Below, piece after piece: positions 9,605-17,267 of a stretch of 64,000 bases of DNA. The DNA is taken from the IMG/VR virus record IMGVR_UViG_3300030339_000006; one strand, 5' to 3'. The DNA is from a virus. The position numbers and the translations under genes are program-made. The notes below the pieces were generated by a model. That model was not told the DNA's origin. It was given only the letters and a program-made list of their open reading frames with translations, and ran no database searches. How positions within the stretch are numbered: position 1 is the stretch's first letter; every line of letters starts with the position of its first letter.

Positions 9605-11014
9605 TTAGCTATTCATAGCGTCGAGGATTTCCTTGGTCAGGCTATCTTTGTTGGCTGCCGAGTGGTGCAGGTAGTCATCAATGCCTTGTCCACGAGAGAT
9701 CTTACCGAAGAGCTTGGGTTTGGTTGCGAGATATCTCATCACCCGTACTTTACGCTCTTCCTCAGGCAGGTCTGCGTGGGAACGGTAACGAATGCCACGA
9801 CCGATAACCTGGTTGATCTTCTCGTTGTTAAAGTGAGGCTCCATCCCTTGGAACGAACGGGTGCCCTTTAAATCCAAGCCTTCTGAGCCGGCTGACGACA
9901 GGAGGATCGCTTTGATCTTCCCTTCGTTGTAGTCACTGATAGCCTGCTTACGTTCCGAAGACGTGGTACTGCCGGTAAACATCGCAGCAGAAATCTTTTT
10001 CGCCACCAGTTGTCGGTGGGCCTCTTCCAGGCCGGAGCCCAGGTAGTTAGAGTAGATGATACCCTTGTGATTAGGATTATCCTTCATCATCGTCTCAAAG
10101 TCACTGACTATTCGATCAATCTTTGGCGCCGACGGTTTACGCGTGGTGTATTTAGCGTCGGTGTTACTGATCTGTCGAACGGCCTGAGAGAAGGCGTTCA
10201 GGTTCTGCTGCTCTTTCTTATCCACTGGAAGGTTCATACGGATCTTCAAGCGAAGAGGGAGGGGGATCGTGTCTTCTGCGTACTGGTAAGCCCGCAGCTG
10301 GTCCGGAGACATGTCAACGTGCACCATTTCGTCAGTACGGTCCGGGAAGTCCTGCTTCATTTCCTTCATGGCATCGAAGCGGTCCATGTACTCTTTACCC
10401 AGGCGACGCAGTTCCTTCTTGTTCTTCACAGACAGCTTATCACCGGGTTTCACCCCGAGAATACGCAGGAGTAGGCCTGGCTTGACTTTGTCATGCTGGA
10501 TGAAGGCCTGGTCGAACTTGTCTGGATCTTCCGGCATGACTGACTTGCCGGCCGTCGTGTTGATGACCTTGGCGATGTCAGAACGCTGGTTGTAGATCGG
10601 CGTACCGGTTAACAGCAGGCGTTGCTTGGCGGAACGAGCCAGATCGCGTACGGCGTCGGAGCGAAGCCCCGGGTTACGCACACGGTGGGCTTCATCGAGC
10701 ACCACCAAATGGTAGCCTTTGGCCTTGTAATCCTTCGCTTTTCTCTGAGCACCTTCGTAGGAATCGATGTCGATGTTCGAACGGATGTGCTTAGGGATGT
10801 TGTGCTTGTCCATTTCCTTCTGCATGTTGTCACGCAGCGGAGCCGGAACGATGAACAGGGCACGGGCCCCTGGATTCTTCTCAATGACACCGCGGGCGGA
10901 ATCGAGACTCTCGAGGGTCTTCCCTGACCCAAGAGAATGATAGGCCAGGACAGATTTGCCCGAGCCGATCTTGTCGGATATCCGCTGTTGGTGGTCCTTC
11001 AGCGTGTAATCCAT
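9605..11014 (-). CDS. SNF2/SWI2-family SF2 helicase/ATPase
   Basis: SLGSGKT, VLDEAH, LLLTGTPI.N, GSEGLDL, QVIGRGIR; start overlaps stop of RNAP beta'-C gene (TAATG). Confidence 0.85.
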   Translation of the reverse strand: MDYTLKDHQQRISDKIGSGKSVLAYHSLGSGKTLESLDSARGVIEKNPGARALFIVPAPLRDNMQKEMDKHNIPKHIRSNIDIDSYEGAQRKAKDYKAKGYHLVVLDEAHRVRNPGLRSDAVRDLARSAKQRLLLTGTPIYNQRSDIAKVINTTAGKSVMPEDPDKFDQAFIQHDKVKPGLLLRILGVKPGDKLSVKNKKELRRLGKEYMDRFDAMKEMKQDFPDRTDEMVHVDMSPDQLRAYQYAEDTIPLPLRLKIRMNLPVDKKEQQNLNAFSQAVRQISNTDAKYTTRKPSAPKIDRIVSDFETMMKDNPNHKGIIYSNYLGSGLEEAHRQLVAKKISAAMFTGSTTSSERKQAISDYNEGKIKAILLSSAGSEGLDLKGTRSFQGMEPHFNNEKINQVIGRGIRYRSHADLPEEERKVRVMRYLATKPKLFGKISRGQGIDDYLHHSAANKDSLTKEILDAMNS

Positions 11015-12834
11015 TAGTAACGACCTCCTTCGCCTTCACCGAACGCACCGCCGAGAATGTACGGGGCAATAGGGTCAGTGCTGCTTGATGGTGATTCCAT
11101 ACCTTCTGCTGCGGCCTCAGTCAGCGTCTTGCCGATCTGTTTGAACGCCAGGCGGGATAGCCAGTTGGTGTCTTTCAACTTCGCTGTCTTAATCCCCGGT
11201 ACCATTGGCTCTACTTCCAAGCCAGAACGAGACGTGTGAACCTCGTCGATACCGTGTTTGCTCAAATACGCCAGGTGGTTGCTGTCCAGGATTGTTCCCG
11301 GGGTCAACTCCAAGACTGGACGAGCCAGTTTCTGTCCGGTAGCACGCTCAATAGGCATGACCTGCGAGTCACGAGCCATTTCGTCGGCAATGTGGTTCAC
11401 GGTCACAACCTGGCCCGGAAGATACGCCGTAGTACCCGGATCCTTCACCTTCACGTATTTGACCAGATTCTTCGCGATCAGATCGAAGTGACGCGGGTCC
11501 AGTCCGCCGCCGTAGATTTCATACAGCTTGTTGGACATGTAGCGACGACCGTCACCGATGCCACGCAGGGCCACCAGCTCACGGGTGTTGATCGTACCGG
11601 TAGACAGAGCCTCACCGGTCTTCACTTTGTCGCCTTCCTTCACTGCCAGATCCTGGGAGTTCGGGATGAAGTACTCTTTGTCACCGACGTGCAGCGTGGT
11701 ATCCCCGAGAGTCGTGGTCTTGATCGTGTGAACAGAACCGTTACCCTCTGCGATGATCGCTTTGTCCTGGAACTTCTGTGGGTTGACCAAGAGGTTAGAC
11801 GTCAAGTCGTACGGGTTGATGGACTTACCGGATTTCGCGTTATGCTTAGTACCCAGAATCATCTGTGTCAACACTTCGGAGGCCGACTGAGCCGCCACGA
11901 CACCGACGTTCTCTCCGATATCCGGGATGTGACCGTTGGCATTCAGACCGTAACACTTCTTACACACGCCTTCTTTGGCCTGGCAGGTCAGCGTATTGCG
12001 GACTTTGATACTCTTCACGCCGTCGTGTTGCAACTGGCGGTAGTAAGCTTCGTCGATCAGGTGGTTTGTGCCGGCAGTGAAGTGGAAGATTACCTTCTTC
12101 TTATCCGTCGGATCCATCTTCTCGACCAGGCCATTCGTCGTGCCACAGTCGTCTTCCGTGATTACTTCGTGGTACAGGTTCGGAGTGATCGATTTGAACA
12201 TGTCGCCAGGCTTGGAGGTAGACAACTGAGCTCCCACGGTGTTACCGCGTCCCCAGTATGACATGGCCAAGTGTTCGGCGGGACTCAGACCTTCGGCGAA
12301 GGAGTGCATGATCGCCAGTGGGATCGGTGAGCCATCGATCTTCTTTGACTGAATCGGTGAGCTGGTAGCCTGTTGGAGCTGATCCGGGTTACCACGAGCA
12401 CCGGTCTGAGCCATCATAGCCGCCGTCGACTTGCGGGCCACCATGTAGTTCAGGTTCTGGTCGGTCAGCAAGCGTTGATACTTGGTTGACACGTCCAGCA
12501 GTTTTTCACGGCGTTCACGCTCGGAGAGACCCTTCTCGTCGTTCACGTGGTTAGTTGCCGCTTCGTATTCTTTGAGCATGGCATCACGTTCGTCTGAGTC
12601 GTTGTAGTAGTCAGAGAGTGGGGTGGAGTAGCCGTGATCGGTTGCTGTGTGGAAAAACAGGTGTGACAGATTCGAGATCGTGTCAGCTGCTTGATCTCCA
12701 CCGTGGGTAATGACGTTAGCAATCAAATCCTTAACGCCGTTCTTGTTCAGCACTGTGTGCGGGTCGAAGTGCTTCTGTGCTGCTTCCGGTAGCATGCTCT
12801 TAATCTTCAGAGCGCCGGGGGTAATGATTGTCAT
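11014..12834 (-). CDS. rpoC: DNA-directed RNA polymerase beta' C-terminal chain
   Basis: TGARGN, SFAEGL, bridge-helix region, EDDCGT, VRNTLTC..EGVCKKCYG Zn site, trigger loop GENVGVVAAQSASEVLTQMILGTKH, RHFDLI, WLSRLAF. Confidence 0.92.
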   Translation of the reverse strand: MTIITPGALKIKSMLPEAAQKHFDPHTVLNKNGVKDLIANVITHGGDQAADTISNLSHLFFHTATDHGYSTPLSDYYNDSDERDAMLKEYEAATNHVNDEKGLSERERREKLLDVSTKYQRLLTDQNLNYMVARKSTAAMMAQTGARGNPDQLQQATSSPIQSKKIDGSPIPLAIMHSFAEGLSPAEHLAMSYWGRGNTVGAQLSTSKPGDMFKSITPNLYHEVITEDDCGTTNGLVEKMDPTDKKKVIFHFTAGTNHLIDEAYYRQLQHDGVKSIKVRNTLTCQAKEGVCKKCYGLNANGHIPDIGENVGVVAAQSASEVLTQMILGTKHNAKSGKSINPYDLTSNLLVNPQKFQDKAIIAEGNGSVHTIKTTTLGDTTLHVGDKEYFIPNSQDLAVKEGDKVKTGEALSTGTINTRELVALRGIGDGRRYMSNKLYEIYGGGLDPRHFDLIAKNLVKYVKVKDPGTTAYLPGQVVTVNHIADEMARDSQVMPIERATGQKLARPVLELTPGTILDSNHLAYLSKHGIDEVHTSRSGLEVEPMVPGIKTAKLKDTNWLSRLAFKQIGKTLTEAAAEGMESPSSSTDPIAPYILGGAFGEGEGGRY

Positions 12835-12864
12835 GGAGACCTCCGTTTAGTTGATCAACTAGAC

Positions 12865-12883
12865 CTATTTTACAGGGTATAAG
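12865..12883. promoter_or_regulatory. Back-to-back promoters: TAAAATAG (-) and GGTATAAG (+)
   Basis: CTATTTTA-CAG-GGTATAAG in the 72 bp divergent gap between the rpoC-like gene and 12907. Confidence 0.65.
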
Positions 12884-12906
12884 TACTGTAGTGAATAGGA
12901 GAGTCT

Positions 12907-13170
12907 ATGTTCAAAATTCTTAAGAAATACTCTACCACAAGAGTAAGTTACAACGAACGGGCTACAGGTTGTGTAGACTACCTACCCGTTCAAGATCAGA
13001 TCTTCTTCGAAGATCACTACATAGGCGGAATACGCGTGTATCGAAGGATACTCTTCAGAGAAAGGATACCTGTGTACGCGTGGACCGCCAGTGCTGTTAT
13101 GGGCTTTACAGACTGGAAAACAGACTGCCCAGCAGACATTTGGAAACTTTGCACCGGGAAAGATCTATGA
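12907..13170 (+). CDS. Hypothetical protein
   Basis: AGGAG RBS; first gene after GGTATAAG. Confidence 0.6.
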   Translation: MFKILKKYSTTRVSYNERATGCVDYLPVQDQIFFEDHYIGGIRVYRRILFRERIPVYAWTASAVMGFTDWKTDCPADIWKLCTGKDL

Positions 13171-13508
13171 AAACCAAAACTGTACTTGCTTTCGATACAC
13201 CCTTCATCACGTTCAAAGAGGATAACACCGTTTGGGTTTCAGTTGAATCCCTCTCGAACTTCCTCGGCCTGGGTTACGCAGAACAGGTGTACAACCTGTC
13301 CGGCGATACATCCATGCGGGAACTGGGGTTGAAGACCACCACTACCCCTGTCACGAAAGTCATCAGTGATGAGGGCCGGCAGTATCTTTGCATTCGACTC
13401 GAGGATGTCTCATTGTTTGCGGCCACGGCCACACTCGATGATCTCGGGAAGATTGATAACCAAAGACACTGCCGGGATGACCTGCCGGGTCTCCTGGCAG
13501 TATCCTGA
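13167..13508 (+). CDS. Antirepressor-N/Bro-N-like DNA-binding protein
   Basis: MKTKTVLAFDTPFITFKEDNTVWVSVESLSNFLGLGYAEQ resembles P22_AR_N; ATGA overlap with upstream gene. Confidence 0.5.
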   Translation: MKTKTVLAFDTPFITFKEDNTVWVSVESLSNFLGLGYAEQVYNLSGDTSMRELGLKTTTTPVTKVISDEGRQYLCIRLEDVSLFAATATLDDLGKIDNQRHCRDDLPGLLAVS

Positions 13509-13529
13509 GGACCCTTACGGGTCCTTTTT
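13508..13529 (+). terminator. Rho-independent terminator
   Basis: AGGACCC-TTAC-GGGTCCT-TTTT. Confidence 0.75.
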
Positions 13530-13567
13530 AGCTGCTGTGACATCGAAAGTCAGGGTCCTGTTCCCAA

Positions 13568-13781
13568 AATGTTCCAAAGAAAACCCAGATAGGACAAGGG
13601 CTTAGACGATTCTGTGACATTGTTACATCGGAACGTCTCCAACCCACCCTTATTAGAGACATCTTACCCCTATACATACATTACTATGGATCTTTAAATA
13701 GGTATATATAGGATACTACCTACTCTATGGGGATAAAGGGGGTGTGTGTTTAGGGGTGTTGTTCCTGTAACGGTGTCACAG
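13568..13781. repeat. Non-coding dyad-symmetric element, copy 1 (copy 2 at 48811-49018)
   Basis: Identical 28, 47 and 20 nt blocks shared with copy 2; arms CTGTGACA..GTTACA..GGAAC / GTTCC.TGTAAC..TGTCACAG. Confidence 0.9.
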
Positions 13782-14400
13782 CCCGGTCACGATAGTACCC
13801 AATCATGTTACCTGCTGCGTTTCCTACCTTCGAGGCAAGATACGCGGTACCCAAAGATCCCCCGATGGCGAACAATGGGTTTGTCCCATTTGTCATCATA
13901 CGGGCAGCCAGAGGAACGACCGACGCGATACCCAGGGCAGAACCCATGTTTGAGTAACGTGACTGACGATCACTCATGATGTCCACGTGGGTCAGTGCTT
14001 CCGGGATCATATCCACAGAGTCAGCTGCAGCAATCGCTCCGTCTACTACTCGACGTCCGATTGCTCCCCCTACTATAGACCCGCCGATAGCGCCTGCAAC
14101 GCCCGCTGCGACCTTAGCACGCAGTGACCCTGGCATTGCTGCGGCTGCAAGGTAAGAACCCAGCAGAGAGCCTCCTATGCCACCTCCTGACTGGATTACG
14201 TCTTTGGCCACGTACCCCAGGTCATCGATCGGGCGATCCATCAGGGCCACCTTCTCGAGCGGTTTCTGACGGAGCAGAGCACGAATCTTCGCTTTGGCGT
14301 ATGACAGCGCCATTTTATGAGGACGAGGGTCAGTACTCGCCTTCAGCAGCACCTTGATTTCCGGGCTGCGGTATACTTCAGTTACGTTAGAATCCTCCAC
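13750..14400 (-). CDS. Glycine-zipper membrane/virion protein
   Basis: GTG start; LEKVA followed by two GxxxG-rich helical hairpins. Confidence 0.55.
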   Translation of the reverse strand: MEDSNVTEVYRSPEIKVLLKASTDPRPHKMALSYAKAKIRALLRQKPLEKVALMDRPIDDLGYVAKDVIQSGGGIGGSLLGSYLAAAAMPGSLRAKVAAGVAGAIGGSIVGGAIGRRVVDGAIAAADSVDMIPEALTHVDIMSDRQSRYSNMGSALGIASVVPLAARMMTNGTNPLFAIGGSLGTAYLASKVGNAAGNMIGYYRDRAVTPLQEQHP

Positions 14401-14545
14401 GTCTGGCTCCTAATTTCTTTGCACGACGGTACATACCGTTGATCGACATACGGGTGCCACGTAGGAGTCCGCGAAGAGCGATGAAGCTGCCCAGCCCGGC
14501 CCCGATCTTGATCCCCGTCTCCAGATAAGACTTTTGTTCATTCAT
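14387..14545 (-). CDS. Small basic protein with hydrophobic helix (52 aa)
   Basis: Not in track: MNEQKSYLETGIKIGAGLGSFIALRGLLRG...; GGAGG RBS; TAAAATAT motif upstream. Confidence 0.55.
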   Translation of the reverse strand: MNEQKSYLETGIKIGAGLGSFIALRGLLRGTRMSINGMYRRAKKLGARRGGF

Positions 14546-14565
14546 AGTGTTCCTCCATTCAGCTC

Positions 14566-14582
14566 ATATTTTAGGGTATAAG
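14566..14582. promoter_or_regulatory. Back-to-back promoters: TAAAATAT (-) and GGTATAAG (+)
   Basis: ATATTTTA-G-GGTATAAG-CAAG-GTGTAG in divergent gap. Confidence 0.6.
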
Positions 14583-14623
14583 CAAGGTGTAGTAGAAACC
14601 ATTGTACCCCAAAGGAGGTGCCT

Positions 14624-14836
14624 ATGAAATATCGCATTACAGAAAGGATTGCCGGGTTCAACTACGCGGCAGGACTTCTGGCGAGCTCACGTGCCCTAAG
14701 CGATGATGACCTTCGTCTCGCGGTAAATACCATGATCGAAAACGCTGAGATAGCCACAGAGAGCTACCAGCGGGGCGTCGAAGATGCCCTTATGCATTCC
14801 CATCCGTATCTTTCTAGAAGACTCGGCCACTACTGA
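14624..14836 (+). CDS. Hypothetical protein
   Basis: AAGGAGGT RBS. Confidence 0.6.
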   Translation: MKYRITERIAGFNYAAGLLASSRALSDDDLRLAVNTMIENAEIATESYQRGVEDALMHSHPYLSRRLGHY

Positions 14837-14894
14837 TCCCGCGAGGGACATTCTGAATGGTCTTCATTCACAATTTTCCTTAAAGGAGATTTCC

Positions 14895-15248
14895 ATGGAA
14901 ATCTTAAAAACCCCCATCACCTTCAACTTCTGTGGCCTCCTGTTGAAGTTCGTTATTGATCCATCTGGCCGTCGTCTGGTTGATTCCGCCAAGCTTTGGT
15001 CCGACCTGGAACTCTGGCAGCGTCCGGCTCCGGATTGCACTGAGTATCTGTATGAAGAAGATCGCGAGGGGATACCATCCTGGTCGGTCTCCCGGTTCAG
15101 TAACCTAGAGGATCTGAAGAAACGCCACGAGCAACTCTCCACGATCGCTCTGATGAAGGACAACAAAGGTTTCATCCAACTGGGCTTCCTGCTCGAACAT
15201 TACCCACAACTCCTAGCAAAGCTAGATAAGGACTTACAATGTCAATAG
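14895..15248 (+). CDS. Bro-N/antirepressor-N-like protein
   Basis: AAGGAG RBS; ITFNFCGLLLKFVIDPSGRRLVDSAKLWSDLEL. Confidence 0.5.
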   Translation: MEILKTPITFNFCGLLLKFVIDPSGRRLVDSAKLWSDLELWQRPAPDCTEYLYEEDREGIPSWSVSRFSNLEDLKKRHEQLSTIALMKDNKGFIQLGFLLEHYPQLLAKLDKDLQCQ

Positions 15249-15862
15249 AAACATTCAACTTCCACGGTGAATCAATCCGCTTCAACTTAGACACCATGCA
15301 GATCAGCGTTTCGGATATTCTCTCCGTCATCGCCAATGACGTAAGCCAATTTGCCCTTGAGTCTAAATTCTCCTATTGGGTAGGCCTGGATAAAGTCATG
15401 GATGTCATCTCCGAAGGTTCGGATGGTTGCGGTGAATGTGGGGTCTGCACGATCTGGCTGTTGGAATTCGTCCCGACGTTGGTCAAGTGGTTGACCTGGC
15501 AGCATAGCGCCCTCGACCCAATCACGATCAACGAAGACGAATACAGCAAAGGCTTCAAAGAGGTCTACTGGGCACAGAAAGACGCCAAACACACTACCGC
15601 GTATCTGCTCTCAGGTGTTTTCACAGATTTGTACTCCCCGTGGGACGATCGCTGTGAAGTGAAGGTGGGTATGGGATACATTCCGTTAGAGGGTGAATTC
15701 CAGTACCGCGTCGTTCACGTGGTCCGTGATGTTGATATCGTAGAGGATGTCCCGGGTGGCTTCCCGCTCCGCTCTACTCGCTCGGTTACCCTACGTCTGG
15801 GTGTCGAAACGATCATCAAAAGTGCGGATCTCGGCAGCTTGCTCCACACGCTGTCCCGTTAA
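15239..15862 (+). CDS. Bro-N-like N-terminal domain protein
   Basis: MSIETFNFHGESIRF...ISVSDILSVI. Confidence 0.5.
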   Translation: MSIETFNFHGESIRFNLDTMQISVSDILSVIANDVSQFALESKFSYWVGLDKVMDVISEGSDGCGECGVCTIWLLEFVPTLVKWLTWQHSALDPITINEDEYSKGFKEVYWAQKDAKHTTAYLLSGVFTDLYSPWDDRCEVKVGMGYIPLEGEFQYRVVHVVRDVDIVEDVPGGFPLRSTRSVTLRLGVETIIKSADLGSLLHTLSR

Positions 15863-15886
15863 AATCCGGGGTGGAGGTACCACCCT

Positions 15887-16222
15887 ATGATCGAAATTGT
15901 GTACTTGAACGGAACTCCGGTAAATACCATTAAGACTGACGCGATCTACGTCGATGTCGTGAAGTTCTGGAAGGACCTAAAGATCCGCGTGGATCTGGCA
16001 CCCCTTCCTCCTTTCACGGAAATCCTCACGAGCGAATCAGAGAAGAGCTTCGCACTGGGCCAGTACGTGACCCTTGAAGACTTCGTCCAAGCCGTTTCTA
16101 ACATGAACCCGATTGCCATCGATGCAGCTATTCAGCATGCGATTTCCGTCGGTCTCACGGAAGCGGTCACGACTTACTGGGCATCACTGCCGGAGTTCAC
16201 ACCTATCTACAAGCCCCGCTAA
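15887..16222 (+). CDS. Bro-N/antirepressor-N-like protein
   Basis: GGAGG RBS; VYLNGTPVNTIKTDAIYVDVVKFWKDLKI. Confidence 0.45.
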   Translation: MIEIVYLNGTPVNTIKTDAIYVDVVKFWKDLKIRVDLAPLPPFTEILTSESEKSFALGQYVTLEDFVQAVSNMNPIAIDAAIQHAISVGLTEAVTTYWASLPEFTPIYKPR

Positions 16223-16233
16223 GGGGCTTTTTT
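16211..16233 (+). terminator. Rho-independent terminator
   Basis: AAGCCCC-GCTAA-GGGGCTT-TTT. Confidence 0.6.
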
Positions 16234-16244
16234 CGGAAACTGCT

Positions 16245-16877
16245 ATGGATTTTTTCGGTTGTCCAATTGATATCACGGTAGAACGCGGGCAGGTACATAT
16301 CGCCAGCACATCCCTGACTGAAAACCTCATCCTCCCTAAACGATTGGACCGAATGATCCTCGAGACCGACAAGATCCCGTTGGATTTACTCCTTCCAATC
16401 CTCAACCAATTCTCTGATACGAACAAGCAGGGCATCTTCCGCCGCCATCTGATCGAGGCCATCGTGATTGACAGTACGTGGATGACGAAGAAACTCCAGA
16501 AGGTGTATCCTCGCGTCGTTCCCGTCGTCCCGGGGCTTAACGTAACCTGCTACAACGAGGAAGGCCTCTGGATTGACGCGATGGATCTGGAGTATGACTT
16601 AAATCCCAAAGCTCGCCCCGCCCGTATCCCCCGATTATCCATGCGTCCATTCGACATGATGTATCGCCCTCGCCTGGCTCATCTGGAGCAGATGGAACGC
16701 GTCCGCTACTTTATCCCACTGCGTAGCCTCGACGATTACCTGGCCGCCAGCCGCAATCTGGCCAACGACAAGAACGTCCGGGCGTGGAAAGGACGCATCG
16801 AATCTGCCCTCCTGGATTACTGGGAGAACCTGGCGGACCTATCCTCTATCGGCTTACCGGAGAAATACCGTGCTTAA
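16245..16877 (+). CDS. Bro-N/antirepressor-N-like protein (possibly two domains)
   Basis: MDFFGCPIDITVERGQVHIASTSLTENL and internal VPGLNVTCYNEEGLWIDAMDLEYDL. Confidence 0.45.
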   Translation: MDFFGCPIDITVERGQVHIASTSLTENLILPKRLDRMILETDKIPLDLLLPILNQFSDTNKQGIFRRHLIEAIVIDSTWMTKKLQKVYPRVVPVVPGLNVTCYNEEGLWIDAMDLEYDLNPKARPARIPRLSMRPFDMMYRPRLAHLEQMERVRYFIPLRSLDDYLAASRNLANDKNVRAWKGRIESALLDYWENLADLSSIGLPEKYRA

Positions 16878-17151
16878 AAACGTTGTCATTATCTTCGGGG
16901 TATCCCTCCCAATCATGGAGGATGGCCACCTGGTGTACGTCGACCCTGGTGAGCTTCTGAAGAAGCTGTCGATAGACCGCGAGCTGATCCCGTGCAATCG
17001 TCGAGTTGGCTGGTGGGATGGCTTCTGCCACATCTCTAAGGCCACGATGACTTCGGAGTACTTAGTGTATATGCTCAGGACTTTAAGGGGTTCACAGGAA
17101 GAGATCGAGAAGTACAACATCTACGCTGATGAGATTGAGCGACGGGTGTAA
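16870..17151 (+). CDS. Bro-N/antirepressor-N-like protein
   Basis: GTG start, GGAG RBS; VIIFGVSLPIMEDGHLVYVDPGELLKKLSI. Confidence 0.5.
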   Translation: MLKNVVIIFGVSLPIMEDGHLVYVDPGELLKKLSIDRELIPCNRRVGWWDGFCHISKATMTSEYLVYMLRTLRGSQEEIEKYNIYADEIERRV

Positions 17152-17182
17152 AAGAAAAGGGCCCCGTTAAGGGCCCTTTTTT
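17151..17182. terminator. Bidirectional terminator between convergent blocks
   Basis: AAAAGGGCCC-CGTTAA-GGGCCCTTTTTT. Confidence 0.75.
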
Positions 17183-17267
17183 AGGCAGGAAAATGAAATT
17201 TCAACAGCATTCACAACATTCAATAACATAAGGAGGACTTCCACTATAGCTAAGTCCTCCTGGACTG

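Noticed and set aside
13568-13781. Duplicated element as CRISPR array, tRNA or IS/MITE
   Set aside because: No repeat-spacer periodicity, cloverleaf, target-site duplication or transposase; conservation extends outside the inverted arms
17192-17261. 12-codon ORF (MKFQQHSQHSIT) and AGGAGGACTT/AAGTCCTCCT hairpin downstream of the RNAP gene
   Set aside because: Too short to support; the hairpin is more simply a 3' structure of the RNAP mRNA
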